From: Bilabrum cf. latius | Lineage: Eukaryota | Assembly: GCA_965178125.1 (NCBI GenBank) | Contig: OZ237755.1 | Span: 558,001 to 622,000 of the forward strand | DNA: 64,000 nt | Direction of reading: 5' to 3' | Shown: piece after piece, positions 37,387 to 51,000 of the stretch | How positions within the stretch are numbered: the first letter of the stretch is position 1 | Layout: every line of letters begins with the position of its first letter | Made by a program: the position numbers and the translations under genes | Notes under the pieces: model-generated | What the model was told of the DNA's origin: nothing | Database searches by the model: none | The model's input: the letters and a program-made list of their open reading frames with translations, nothing else

Positions 37387-39638
37387 ATGAAGGCAGTGAG
37401 CGATTGAAATTGTGCTCTGTCTGTGGTTTCTGGGTTTTGAGTTGCCGACTAGGCTTGCTTGACGGGCATCTCTCTGGCTTATACGCAGGTCAAGGCATCA
37501 AGGAAACGGCCCAGAAATGATGTTATGTCCAAATCGATCGCGGAACCGGAGGTGCATGTGCCAATGCACGACGGTGCTTCCCCCGTTAGGACGAACGTAA
37601 GCAAGATGCTTCATCGCGTCCAACTCTTTCGAACCAGGCCGAATTGTGCACGGTATCCGTGAATCATAAACTAGTCTTGCAGGCGCATATACTGGAGTCT
37701 AGCAAGAAAAAGCGACGAAAGTCGGGCAAGGGCGGTGGCCGAAGGCGCGCGTACCAAGACTTCGCTTTGCCCCCAACTGCGCAGCCCTGGCCAGAGTCTT
37801 CGCAGCGTAGAAAGTACATAGTGGAGTTGCTAAGCAGTGGTAGAAATGGTATGGAACGTCTGGCTGAGCGGCGACGTTGGGCCGATGCTATCGCGTCGTT
37901 CTTGGATTCCGATGACTTGTGCCAGCAAGCCGCCCTTCGTGTCCTACAGTGGGATTCAATGCAGCCAGAAAGCTGTATAGAGCATACACAAGACGGATTT
38001 TTCCGCTTCAAACCGGGGACTCCACCGTTTCGCGCGACAGACAACCCTGAATACCGCCGCCGAGAAGGCGCCGTTAGGCGAGCGCCAAGCGGCTGCTGGG
38101 AGGTTCGGCCAGTAGAGCATGCCACTGGGTTCTGCTTTCCGAGAAGAAATAGATTGAGGGCGCAGGGACAGCAGTCCGCTGACGCTGCCAAAGCGTGGCA
38201 GGTCACCATCACGTTTCAGCCCATCGGGCCCAGCAGGCCTGGCAAGTTGGGCAAGACTATGCGGCGTGGCGTGGCGGTGCAGCGGCTCATCAAAGGAGCT
38301 CGCACAGATGCAGTGAGCCTGACAAGACGGCTAGGGTCACCATCAAGCCCATAGGCGAACTGCGACGAGGACGTGCAGGGATTTTTTGACCTATTGCTGG
38401 AGCGAGGCATCCTGCAGGATATGGCCACGAACGGCGCCTTGCAGGCAGCCAGGCCACCGCAGCAGATGAAAAATGCTCTAAATCACACTGTGCAGGCACA
38501 GTCTTCATCAAGTGAGTCACTGTCCGGGCGCTCTTCCCATTCGGGCGGCTCGTTGGCAAGCAACAGCGAAAGCGGGAGCGGTTCAGTTGCGCCCCCCGCC
38601 GCTAAAGCGCCCCGGTTAACGGCCAGTGCAGCACCCGCCAAACGTGTGATTTCACCAGCATCCAGCAGGCCCTCGGAACGAAACGATTAGATGAATCCGA
38701 GGCTTGGGCGAGAGAGACTGCCCGTGGTACAAGCACCCTCCGGGACACCTGGCCCAGCCCACGGTAGATCTAGTCGACCAGTAGCTTTTCCAAACGCTGC
38801 GCATAGAGCAGCGGGAACCGCCCAATATCCTGTACCGGTCCCACCCGCAACTCGAGGGGCAGATGGGCGGACTCATGGCGGCGCGATGGCTTTGGCAGGC
38901 ACAAGACCACCCGCAGTGTCGAGTAGCCACCTTCCGCATATTAATGGTCCGGCCAGCACAACAAGCGCAGAGGCAGCAGCAGCAGTAGCGGCAGCGGCGG
39001 CGGCAGCAGCTGCTGCGGCATCTACTGCGTCTGACTTGAAGAAGCCGCTTACAAGCAGCCCCAGCCTCAGTCCTCTGAGCAGCCCACGCGTGCCCAGCAG
39101 CCCTCAGCTGTTCGAGCGCCCGCAACATCCAGCAGTAGCAATGTCCTGGTCTGCATCCCACGCTGGCATGTCCCCAACCTACGCGTGGCACCAGTCGAGC
39201 ACCAGCGCACCAGTGAGACAGGGGGCAAGCGGCGGATCTGCGCGCGCTGCTCACGGAAATTCCAGCAGATGGTCACCGGATGGGCCACACTACGCCGTGT
39301 CGTAGCAGGGCTGGCACGCGGTCAGGTCCGGTCAACCACCTGATAGAATTGGCCCGGAGCTCGGGGGCAGCATGCGCGGGAGCGGACGATCATCTGTGGC
39401 GTCACTGGTGGATCTGCACGGCGTGCGTCCGGGTGTAGGACCATAGTTGGAGTCCAGCCATCTCGGGGCCCAAGCCAGGCAGGTTATCTCGTCTGATTCG
39501 GAGACGAGCGCGTCTGATTCGGAGGCCGACCCGATGCACATTGTTGCGGCTGCAGCTGCAGCCGCTGCCGCGCTGGCTGCAACAGAAGGTGACGTGCAGA
39601 TGGTCCCTCGCGTACCGTCTTCTGAGGGCATTAGGTGA
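37387..39638 (+). CDS. Probable nuclear protein of unknown function, ~690 aa, 3 exons (TAG=Gln)
   Basis: Exons 37387-37395 (tentative), 37489-37596, 37683-39638. NLS-like KKKRRK, a globular-looking core, then a Pro/Ser/Ala-rich tail. TAGs at 38352, 38688, 39303, 39444; ends TGA. Confidence 0.62.
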
Positions 39639-39797
39639 TGCTACGGTGGGTTTCGTTGACGAGTACTAATATATATGTCGTTTCCATGGGCTTGTACCTT
39701 GTAATAATCCAAGTGAATGATTGGATCTCGAATTGAATCTTGGTGCGTCATCTTCGACGCATTCCGGCGTTTGCTGCCTTGCCCGGACCCACACTTC

Positions 39798-42605
39798 TCA
39801 GTCTTCCTTCCCGCCAGCTCCGGTACGTCCAACCAAGGCAGCGCTGTTTCTCCCCTCGTCGCTTGGACGTTTCGAACGCAGCACAATCTGCGGCTAGAGA
39901 AGCACCCGTCCCGCCGCCCAGCCCGACCACGTGTCATCGCCTCTAGTGCCAGCACCAATCGTGCACGCGAACGCCCGAGTGACTCTGGCTAAACTCATGC
40001 CAATCTCCACTGCGGCCCTCTCGTAGCGAGCGATATCGCTCGACTGCTGTTCCACCCTGATCTGACCGCTTCGCACAACCTCTCGCTGCTTGGCACGGAC
40101 TGCCTGGCACAGCACGGAGTCAGCAGTGCAGCTAGGTCCAGCACTGGATTCCGTGCCCGGTGGCTGGCTTTGATCAGTGAGGCTGCAATTTAGGCTTGCT
40201 ACCGCAGTTGCGTCAATAGCCCGAGCTGCAGCGTATGCTGCAAGCAGCGATGCGCCGTATCGCTCTCGGCTGGCCACTGTGCTCGTCCACGTGCCCATGT
40301 ATCCATCCACGTCGGCTTCCTCACGCACCCACACCGCCAGCACTGGCCTGCATGCGTACAAAGCACCACCAAGTGGGCTCATGCCACTGCCACGTCGTCC
40401 AGCCGATAGCGTACCGCACATTATGAAGTGCAATTGCTGCAGGAATAGCCTCGTCACAAAGCCAACGGGGTCAAGGCAGAGGCTACCCACGCAATCCCAA
40501 ACGAAAACGAACACCCACTTAATGCCAAGAGGCGCTACGAGCACCATGTACCTGCACGCAGACATGCCAACGAATGCCGGCAGCACCAGAATCATCCCCC
40601 CAATGGTCGTGATCAGGGTACACACGAACGCGAAGGAGCCCCACACTGTTGCGATCCAACGACCGTCGCGCAGCGGCTGCTAAACGTACTGACCGAAGTA
40701 CGCTTGCAACCCGCTGTACTCACGCTCCAAGGCGGTCAATACGATGGTCCAGGCAACCTGCCCTGCTGGTAGGAGAGCCGCTGCGAATCCATTCTGTTGA
40801 ATGCACTGCATGCGTGCATTTGCCCTTGCCTCCATAGCCGCCTCGTCATCAGCTACGATGCTGCGTGTTTTGTCGAGCAGAGCCTGCGTATCGGTGGCCT
40901 TGCCGGGGTTCTGACCCACGGTGCCAAGCAGAGCAGCAGACGCGCCAAAGTGCAGGTGGCACAGGGCAGGACAGCCAGGCACCTGCCTGCCCTTCCAGGC
41001 GATTGCGGCTGCCGGTGCGGATAATGCATCGGAGTATGTTGGCAATACGGTCTCGTCTTGACGCCCAGCCAACTAGAGCAGCAGCTAGCATACCAACGAG
41101 TATGCTTTCGCAGCGGCACCTTCGCACCATCGCCATGTCCGGCTGATCGTGCCGCCGCACAGCACGTTGTCAAGTCGGCAGGCGAGCCAGCTCGGCACTC
41201 GGATGATGGCATCCGTGGCAGTCCACCTGACCCTCGGCAGCACAGAGTCGAGCGAGTTCACGACCGAGGGCGACCGCATGGCACGAATCATGGCTCGAGC
41301 GGCGGTCGACTCCTCCTACTCCCATCGGTCCTACTGCTAGGTCCTGCAGTCCATGTGTGGGCGGGTTGGTGAGCGGTAGTCAGCGGATACCCTGGCTGAC
41401 CCGGAGGCTGCGCCAGTGCTCGCGGTTGCACCATGCTGCTCGCTTGGCCTAGCACGCCGCAGCAAGGCAACAAGGCTGTCCATCGCTGCTGCGGCGTCAC
41501 GGCCAGCACAACCGCACGAATCGCGCAACGACTGCGCCAACGACCCTCCTGCTCCTTGGCCGCGATTGATAGCTGCTGTGCCTGAGCCCTGACCCCCGCT
41601 GCCGAGGGGGCTCTCAGCTCCTTCTGCCGTTGAAACTGACTGCGGCTCTTGGCCTTTATCTTTGCCTTCATCGTCGCCTTTGCACTCCCCGCCTTTGCCG
41701 ATTTCGTTGTTGGATGGTGCTGCTTGCGACCGGCTGTCGGTGCCTTCTGTGTCTGCCACGATTCCCAGAACACAGCTGGCCAGTCCAATGACAACGTCGG
41801 CTCTGTTTGCATTCAAACTGGAGAGCCTGAGCGCTCGAACGCCCCTCCAGTTTGCCCACACGTGCACGCCGGTCAGCACCAGGAACATGCTCCAAGCAAC
41901 GGATCGGTCTGAGCCGGCCCAGCCGGCGAGTGCCCAGCCGAGAACCAAGCCAAGTAAAGTAACAAACGTTTCTTGTGAATTCTCTTTGGCTGCAACGTCT
42001 GCCTGGTTCCCTGCCCTCGCCAGGTGAGCCGAGATGGCAGCCCTCGTCGATCCCGCGGCCACCCCACACACGGCCTTCAGGATGTTCGACACGCAAGCTG
42101 CAACTATTAGCGCAGTCATGGAGGGGGTAAACACGCCCTAGGACTCCTCGATTGACAAGTCGTCCTAACTGTGTGGAGAGAGCAGCGGCAGCAGCATGTC
42201 TACCGTCAGCGCTACATCGTTCGAGACGTCAGCCAGCAGCCGGTAGAACTTGACTTCGCTGTCGAAACCCCTACCAGACTGCCACGCAAACAACAAGCCG
42301 CCGATCATGCCTGCCCCATCTCTTATGAGCCACTGCTGCGTCGCTGCAGCGGCGGTTGCACTTGCAGCCCCAACCCCAACACTGCTTAGTACCGCTTGAG
42401 TACACAAAACCCCTCGTAGATACGAACAAAGAGCTTGAATAGTATCGTACACCTGGAATTCAACGTATTCCGGAGCCACTGATGTGGGGAACCCGGCTGG
42501 CACGAATATGCTAGCGATCGAATCGAACGCGCTGCTTCCCTCTGCATTAGATTCCAATCGCACGGCATTTGGGTCCACGTCACTGAAAGCAAATCTGTCT
42601 CTCAT
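39798..42605 (-). CDS. RUS1 family (DUF647, root-UVB-sensitive) protein with large insertions, ~935 aa (TAG=Gln)
   Basis: FVPAGFPTSVAPEYVEFQVYDTIQALCSYLRG, WLIRDGAGMIG, FDSEVKFYRLLADVSND, GVAAGSTRAAISAH, ADVAAKENSQET, LTGVHVWANWRGV. Five track ORFs in one frame joined by 9 TAGs; ends TGA. Start codon tentative. Confidence 0.85.
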
Positions 42606-42822
42606 TGAACAAAGTATCGGCAGTAAGCTGGATTGACGCTGGTGCACACGAAATGCGCCGATTTTGATCCATAGATTGCTCCGGATCAACCAACCATTAT
42701 TGGTGTTGTCTTTCAGAAATTTTAGCGACAATGGCGCGAAATACTACTAACTGCTATATTACAGCTGTGGTTGTGCCTAACTACGGACAAAACAAGAGCT
42801 CGGTGCCTAGATCCAAGTGCAA

Positions 42823-44935
42823 TCAGAATCCGATCGGGTGCTTGGCGTTGTAGCCCTCCGCCTCGAAGACAGCGTCGGCCACAGCGTGGCGGTACTTGTC
42901 CAGATCCTTGACAGAATCAGTGGAGAACTCTCGCACGTTCGCTCGCACGCGCTCGATTGCCTCCAGAGCGAACGCGTTCGCCAAATCGGCCTCGTGGCTG
43001 GCGGTCTCGGAGCCCTCGGAGATCGCCTTGGCGGCGCGAGACGTGGCGGCAGTCGCTGCGGTCAGATCAATGATGCAATCCGCAACCCTCTCGAGGTGCA
43101 TCTGCTGGTCGATGATCTTCTTCCCGTACTTCATGAGGAGGTCGCGGGCGCCCGCCCCGAAGATGGCCGTGCCCTCCTCCACGGCGCTCGCGGCGGGCTT
43201 GAGCTGAGAGGGGGCCCAGGAGAGGGATGGGCGGTCAGGCATGCCCAGGCGCGCCTTGGCCATGTCCAGCGCCACGGGAGCGATGGTGCCCAGGTTCGCC
43301 AAGGGGTTCTTCATGGCATCCTAGACGGGCTTGAGGTCCTTGCCCAGCGACTGGAGGCCCGTCAGGGCGATGAAGAGCCGCAGGATGTCGTTTGTTCCCT
43401 CGAAAATGCGGAAGATCCTAAGGTCCCTCAGCACCCTCTCATACCCCGCGTCCGTCATGAACCCAGTGCCCCCGAGCACCTGGATGGTCTCATCCGCCAC
43501 CCACCACGCGCTCTCGGACGCGAAGATCTTGGAGGCAGCCGCCTCGAGCTGGTAGTCCTGCGCGCCCCTGTCCATGTTCCCTGCGACCATGTATGCCATG
43601 GCCTCGGTCGCGTACAGCCTCGTGTTCATGCCGGCGATCTTGCCCTTGATTAGGCCGAACTCTTTGAGGGTCTTGCCGAACTGCACGCGCTGGACTGCGT
43701 GGTCCGTGGCGCCCTTGATGCAGGTCCTCATGGTTCCGCTAAGCGCGGCGCCCATTCCGAATCGCCCGTTGTTGAGGATGGCCATCGCCACCTTGAAGCC
43801 TCCACCCACCTCGCCCAGCACGTTCTCCTTGGGAATCTTGACGTTGTCGAAGTGCACCTCGGCCGTGTTGCTGCACTTGATGCCCATCTTCTTCTCGGGC
43901 GGCCCGTTGGTCACGCCGCCGAACCCCCTCTCGACGATGAAGGCAGTCACCTTGTCCTTGGTCTCGCCCGTCTTTGGGTCCTTCACCGGGGTCTGGGCGA
44001 ACACGGTGAAGATCTCGGCCATGCCGCCGTTGGAGATCCAGATCTTGCCGCCGTTTAGGACGAAGTGGGAGCCGTCCTCGCTGGGCTCGGCGCGGGTGCG
44101 GATGGACGCGGCGTCCGAACCCGAGGAAGGTTCGGTGAGAGCAAAGGCTGCAATGTTCTCGCCGGTGGCGAGCTTGGGGAGGTACTTCGCCTTCTGCTCG
44201 TCGTTTCCAACCAGCAGGATTCCCTTGTAGCCGATGCTCTGGTGCGCTCCCAGGAAGATACCGACTCCCAGGTCGTGCGCGCCAACGATCTGCACCATGC
44301 GAGCGTAACCCGTGTTGCTGAGGCCGACGCCGTCATACTCCATGGGCACCTGCAAGCCGAACGCGCCGAGCTCACCGAGTCCCTTCTGGATTTTCTCTGG
44401 CACCGATGCGTTCTGATCATTAGCCATGGCGTCGTTCTCATTCTCAAAGAACTTCTCGACGGGGTCCACGAACTGCTGCACCATCTCAGCCTCCTCGCCC
44501 TCCAATACGGACGGGAACGGGTGCACAGCGCTCGTTTCGATCCTTCCAGCAAACAAACCGCGTGCAAATGATGGGTAGTCGGCCCTGCGAAGAGCGAGTG
44601 GGCATGCAGATGGTACAAATTGGTGGAGAGGCACCAACACATAGGCACTCTACTATGGCTCGTTGCAACACCCCAGGAGACATACGCAGAAATAAAACGC
44701 TTGAATTGCTATTGAACAGAACTAGTTAAATAAAACACGTAACTTTGATACCAGCATATCTTGTGTGGAGCCCAGATTTTGGAATAGCAACTTGGAACTC
44801 TTTCGCATTGAAAATACTCAAGCAAACTTCGGAAACTCACCCTCCAGCAGCAGACGTGCCCATAAAACGAACACTCCTAAATGATCTGGTCATAGATCCA
44901 GAGGCGGCCGCAAGTCGTCGGGTCATGCGCATCAT
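42823..44935 (-). CDS. Mitochondrial very-long-chain acyl-CoA dehydrogenase (ACADVL/ACAD9 family), ~618 aa, 2 exons
   Basis: Exons 44935-44841 (presequence-like) and 44584-42823. [53 protein letters not shown]. One TAG at 43321 joins the VLCAD-type C-terminal domain; ends TGA. Confidence 0.93.
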
Positions 44936-45522
44936 GATTAGGTTGGTATTGAATGCGAACGGACGGCCGAAACTATTCGCCGGGATGTCGGTAGTATTTA
45001 TCTTCATCATTTAATCCTGACGTGGGTATATGGAACGTTCGGTTTCGCTCGTGAACTTCGTTTGTATGGCGATTCGAGGAACAACATGATACTTTAAATC
45101 AAGCACCTTTCTTAACCCGTTCATGCAATCCCATGGACTGGCTTGGCACAGCAGGGCTCGAGAAGAACTCAGCATCCAGGCCACCTCTATAGTCCGCGGC
45201 GGCACCATCGCTAACTGGGTGGATTTTAAACCCCCATTTATTTGCTGCATAGCCTAATGTAGGGACGCTTGCATCGATGCTGCCACTGCTAGGAGAGCGC
45301 AGCGAATCGCCTATTGACGCATCGCCACCAAAGAGAACTTGCTCAGGTGGCAGACTACCCGAGCGGGGGCATTCGCGCTCTCCGAGCACACGAGCGCGTC
45401 ACCATGCATCAGTAGATCTGCAAGCTGGCACGCCGAATTCACCATACCGAGAAATTGCCAGCGAGCGAGCACGCAGGCAAGTGCTTCGAGCCGAGGATGA
45501 CGGTCGGAGGAGCACGGCACGC

Positions 45523-46229
45523 TCACACGTCTTCGAGCTTGTACCGCTGCTTCACCAAGTCCTCAATAAGTTCTTTTCCTCGTTGAATCTCGTACAGGAA
45601 GTAGGCCATCGTCATCCCGAAGGCCACTGGGATGACAGGCAGCAACACCAGGTGGTACTCGGGGAGACCTTTCGAAGCGAACACGGCAAGCCACAAAAAC
45701 GCAGGAATTACCCCAAGCGCCGCGCCCATGTATACCAACACATGCGTGGCGCGCGTGTACCACTGCTTTCCGTCCCCTCCCTGAAGCGCGTATCCCACTC
45801 CAATGATGACGCACTGCGTAATGAATAGCCCGTACGTAATCTTCAGCTCTGGGCCCTTGAGCACCCCGCCGCGCAGCCCAGACACAATTTCAAGCTGCAA
45901 AGGGGCTTCCCATTCCTATGTCAACAACCAAAATGCGCCGATGCCCAGGAAAAGAGCAAGCATGGCAAACCCGCTCGACGCTCCTCGCTCGAACGTAATC
46001 TAATCCTGCATGAACTGCTCGATTCTTTCATTCTACTCTGCGGGGTGCGAATGCAAAATAGCAATAAGTGTTAGGTGTTGTGCCTCTGGACGGCATACCA
46101 CGAGCCTCAAATGGTGCGGCAGGTCCCACCTTTCGTGGTCAAGATCTACGTTGGCTCTGCCTCTCGCTCAGAGCCACCTGTGGCGGTTTCCGCCGTGCCT
46201 GTCGCTGCATTCCCACGTTTACGGACCAT
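45523..46229 (-). CDS. Small multi-pass membrane protein, ~204 aa, 2 exons (TAG=Gln)
   Basis: Exons 46229-46130 and 46037-45523, about 4 hydrophobic segments, C-terminal LIEDLVKQRYKLEDV. TAGs at 46146, 46033, 46000, 45916; ends TGA. First exon tentative. Confidence 0.65.
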
Positions 46230-46435
46230 GCTTGATAGCCACTTGTCCTAGTGCACCGATTCAAGCTATGGTATGGCGCACAGAAGCAATCTCCGATTGC
46301 ATGGTCCGGAATGGAAATTTCCGAGAAGTGCACGAATTCAGGCTTCTAGCACTCTGCATTAGATCATTCTCCCCAGCCACTCCTTTGTCGTAGATTTTTT
46401 GAGTGCACCACTTTTTGTTCGCGCGCGCTTTACCC

Positions 46436-47839
46436 ATGGGACCTGTCGCAGTGGCCGCCCTTTCTGGCTTATTCGCCGGAGGCGTAGCAACTCTAGTTAC
46501 GTGGGCTGTAGAGAATTTTGGGGGTCTTCTGGGCGGCGTTCTTGGTACTTTGCCGACCACGATCATACCAGCCACGCTTGGCATAGCTATATCTGTGAAT
46601 GCGGGGCGTGGGGGGGACCATAGCGATGGCAACAAAGAGCTCATGCAAGCAGGCTTCGCGGTGCCGCTATCCATGCTAGCAGATGTTGTTTTCTTGTTGC
46701 AGTGGAGAGTATGGCCAGACCGATTGGGTGGGGGTGGCGTTAGCTTCTCATGTAAGCTTGCGAGCATGATAGGGGTATCTATGGGAATTTGGCTGCTAGC
46801 CGGCGGGTGCGCATTCGGCGTATCGGAACTGGGAGCGACGATGGGCGTGGGAGGGACCGTCACGGTAGGCACCATAGGGCTAGTGGTAGCGGTAGGATTG
46901 GGCATCTGGACAACATGGGATCACCACCCGGCGCCCAAGGGAGCCAATCGAGTGAGCTGGGCCGTAATGCTCGCTCGCGGCGTCTTCGCCGGACTGGCCA
47001 TCTTCGTGTCTGTGCTCGCCGGCCGCACCAGCTCAGTTCTCGCTGGAATTCTTGCGGCATTCCCTGCTATTTTTCTCACGACCATGGTGGCCGTCTGGCT
47101 GGCCCAAGGGGAGGCGGTAACGACCGGTGCTGTGGGGCCGATGATGCTCGGCTCTTGCAGCGTGTCTGTGTACGCCATGCTCTACTCCATACTCGTAGGG
47201 ACCGCGGGGAAGTGGGGCTCCATGGTGCTCTGCTGGCCCCTGAGCGTACTCGTCACATCGGTGCCCATCGTGCTGTACCTCCGGTGGAGGGAGGAAGTGT
47301 ACGAAGAGTACGGTCCCTCTGGGGGAACAAGCGGGGCGGGGGGTCACCATGTTAGGCTGGAGGAGATGGAGGCAGAGGCTTTTGCGGTGGTAGGCTCGGG
47401 GGCAGCTGGGCGAGGCAGCCGAGGGTCGTCGTTCGGGTTTGGGGGACACGGAGCTGGGTAGCCGGCTGCGGGAGTTGCTGGAGGTGCCAGTGGTATTGAT
47501 GCCCACATCGATGCCCTGAGAGGGGCTGAGGCAGGGGGAGATCTGGATAGGTAGCGCGCAGAGGTGCTCGTTAGTTCCGGTATTGCTAGGGAACAAAGCC
47601 GTGAGCTGCTGGGGGGCAGTGGTAGCGGTAGCAATGGCAGACGGGGCGGCGGAGTGATTGCGATGTCTGACAGCGGAGGGGTCAATGCCGGCGCTCATGA
47701 TGCAGCGCGGCGAGTTGTCACCGACGATGCGGCTTCAGCAGCAGCAGAGGGTGACTAGACTCCGGACAGCTAGGGCAGCCGCGCTGCCGATCTGCTCGCG
47801 TCGCCCCGACCTGCTGGACCGGGCAGCCCGATCGTGTGA
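46436..47839 (+). CDS. Polytopic membrane protein with an internally duplicated hydrophobic motif, ~467 aa (TAG=Gln)
   Basis: About 8-9 TM segments with related halves GGVLGTLPTTII and AGILAAFPAIFL. Gly-rich tail with TAGs at 47459, 47552, 47756, 47771; ends TGA. Confidence 0.72.
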
Positions 47840-47941
47840 CATTCGTTTCGATCGTGGGGTGCAACCATTTGCAAAGCAATTGCCTTGTTGTGCATGCAGT
47901 CACGCGTTGCCACATGCCCAAGAAATACACCATCAAGTTCG

Positions 47942-47993
47942 CCCCACCCCACCCCACCCCACCCCACCCCACCTCACCTCAGCCCAACCCCAC
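47942..47993. repeat. (CCCCA)n / (TGGGG)n pentanucleotide microsatellite
   Basis: Six perfect CCCCA units at 47942-47971 followed by degenerate units, lying between two convergent 3' ends. Confidence 0.9.
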
Positions 47994-48087
47994 GCTGAGC
48001 GTGGCCCATCCTGGGGCTCTCAAGCGCACTTGAGCTGCGGGCACAAAGCACCGTCGACTACGCGAGGTGAACGATTCGAGACCAGAC

Positions 48088-51000
48088 TCAGGATCGCTTG
48101 GAGCCACCGTCCCGGGGAGACGGGCGGCGCGGCTGGGCCCCTGCCTGCCTACCCGCTTGCGCTGCCACCCCCTGCCAGGCAGTCCGCACTGTTCCCTGGC
48201 TTGTTCCCTGGCCCTCCGGCCCGGGCGCGATCGGGTCGCTCGCGGGACCCTGCACCTGCTGTGGCATCCCGGCGGAAGCAGCCCGGATCGATGCGACTGA
48301 CGTGGCTGACGTGGTCGTGACGGCCACAGGAACGTCTGCGTCGGCCCGAGGTACGGACGACTGGGCAGCTGATCGCTAACGCACCTATGCTGCACCCGGC
48401 GATGACGGCGATGACGAGGAAGTGGCTGCAGGCCCGGGCCCTGGCCCTGGGCCCCCGCTGCCGTGTCCAGCTGCCAGTGGCACCTGCCGCATGGGTCCTC
48501 TGGCCACCCTCCCGCCCTGCACGCCGCCTCCTGCCATTGCAGCTCGCCACCCAGACGACGACGAAGAGGAAGAAGACGCGCTTCCGCTTGTTCCTTGGTT
48601 TGTTCCCTGGGACGGTGAGGAAGACGCGGTTGCAGAGGTTCTCCATCCCTGAGCCCCCCCCGATTGTTCCCTGGGCGATGCAGGCGGAAGAGAGGGGCTG
48701 CTGCTGGGCCCGGGCCCGGCCGCCCCCGTCACCGCCTGGCCTGCCAGACCGCCGCCGACGCCGACGCTCACGCGCTGCCTCCGACGGGTGCCGCCCGGGG
48801 ACGTTGGGTCCAAAGATGACTACGCACCGGCTGCAGATCCACCACCTCCACTGTTCCCTGCCCTGCTCCAGGCCCTCCCTTCGCTCTGTGTACCGAGCGG
48901 GGGTCCGCTGGCAGTGCGGGCGTGGGGGCCTCGGCGTGCCGTCGCAGCTGCTGCGGTGCCACCGTCCGCTGATGGCGCCGTCGATGGCACCCCAGAGGGT
49001 CGTGACTCCGCCTGTTCCCTGGAATCAGCTCCGGACTCCCCGTAGGGACCAGTGTCACCTGGGAGCCGAGGGTTTTCCGGAGACATGTGGCCCTGGGCGG
49101 TTCCGTTTTGCGCGGCGCCGTGCCCACCTGGCACTTCCGGTTCACCGGACCGATCCCCAGATGCACCACCGCGCGATGCACCTCCAGCATCCTGACTAGG
49201 CACGTCGTCGCCGGCGTCCGCTTTCCCGACTGTCCGGCCGGCGCCCACCCGACTGGAGCCCACGCTGGGCGAGGGGTCCCTTGCGGAACCAGAGGATTGC
49301 GCGGCGCCGGATGCACTGCTGCGCCTCCTGGCAATCAAATGCGACCCAGGGGCGCTTGTTCCCTGGTACCCAAGCAGGCCCGGGGCGAGGCCCTGGCCGG
49401 GTGTCCCGAACGTGCCCCTTGTGTGCTGGGCAGCAGCCTGGACGGCTGGAGGCGCCATGCCCGCGGGACCGAATCCCGTTGGGGTGCCCTGGGGGGGCGG
49501 CGGCTGCATCATGCCTCCTCCGCTGTGGAGCATGGACGGGCCCAAGAGCGGCGAGCCGCCCGCGATGCCCATCCCCATTCCCACGCCCATGCCCATCCCG
49601 CCCATGCCCATGGCCCCGATGCCCATCGCACTGCCACTGCCAGGCACCATAGGAGCAGAAGGGGGCGTGGCTGCCCCCATCCCTGCCGCGCGGCCTGCCA
49701 TGCCCGCGCTGGGCGTGTTCTGCCTGATCTAAACGATCGTGTCGACGAGGAGTGCCTGCGCCGCCTTGACCGATTCAGGTGTCCCCGTGAGTGCGATGAG
49801 CCTGCATCCCCCGCTGATGTCCATGTCTGCCACCGTGATGGCGCATCGGCTCTGCTGCCTGATCGTGTTGATGGTCATGCCCCTCTTCCCGATCAACCTG
49901 CCTATCAGCTCCGAAGGCACGCCGACCTGAATCTGCGAGAGGCAAACGAATGAATGGACAAGCGCGCGAGAGTGAGCATGCAGTGCAATGGGCTGCATGC
50001 AAAACGAGGAGGGGTGAGCAGCTGCTTTCAGCATAGACTGGAGCGCTGTGACGGGCGGATACGTCGGAATGCAGCTGATGAATAGATCAGACGTGCCGCC
50101 ACGAGAGACGAGGGCAAGCACCAGCACCAGTGCAAGCAGTGGCGCGATGGAAAGCTTGGGCTGAAACATGGATGCGCCTGCGCCTCACCGTCATGAGACT
50201 TCCCTAAGCAGGCACGGCCATGTGCTGCGCCGATGGCCCGCTCCCTGCCACGCTGCCAATAGCGGGCCCGGAGGACGACCGGATCAGCTGAACCGCCCCG
50301 ACGGCGTCATAGCTGCCGTTGGATCCAGCCGAGGCGCGAGACGAGCGTCCACCGGACCCACCCGCGGCGGAAGCCCCGCCTCCCCTGCTCGCCTGTGCGC
50401 TCAGGATGTCGAGCAGCTGCTCAATGGCGGCGGCAACATCCGCTGCAGTGCCCTGCACCTGGAGCACGCGCTCGCTAGCCTGCGAATGATGTGGAGTCAA
50501 TACAGCGCCAGTCACGAACATGAGAATTGGACATTTACCCACTCCACTCAGAGCACACCGGCTGCAGTTTGGAGCTAGAAGACGCTGGTGGCTTGGCACC
50601 GCAGGCCGGGCACACGCAAGGCGACACGTTCTCAAATCGGGGCACGGGCAGTGGCCAAAACCACGGAGCTTCGACACCGCAGGCGAAACGGCTTCCTCAC
50701 TACAGACACATTACACGAAATCTCACCTCTGATCTGCCTTCACCGCCGACGCTAATCGACGCGCGCTGCTGCCGGCGCAATCGCGTGATGGTCTCGCCTT
50801 TCGGGCCGATGATAGCGCCGGCCTGCTTTGGGCTCAGGTTGAACTGCATACTCTGGACCTGAAGCGCTCTACCATCGGGACTCAGCGCAACGAACGGGTT
50901 GGATTGTTTGGCAAGCGTTGCCTCGGACTCTTGCACGAGGCTATGAATAGAGGACACGGCTGCTTTCACGTGAGCTGATGGCCCCTCGATCTTGACCTGC

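Noticed and set aside
42817-44571. Long antisense or alternative-frame ORFs (e.g. 42817-43653, 15037-15927, 30946-32112, 25310-26521)
   Set aside because: These are shadows of GC-rich, codon-biased genes on the opposite strand.
45011-45522. Possible extra gene on the + strand (ATG 45133, open under TAG=Gln to 45828)
   Set aside because: No recognisable domain, and it would overlap the convergent membrane-protein gene by about 300 bp. Left uncalled.
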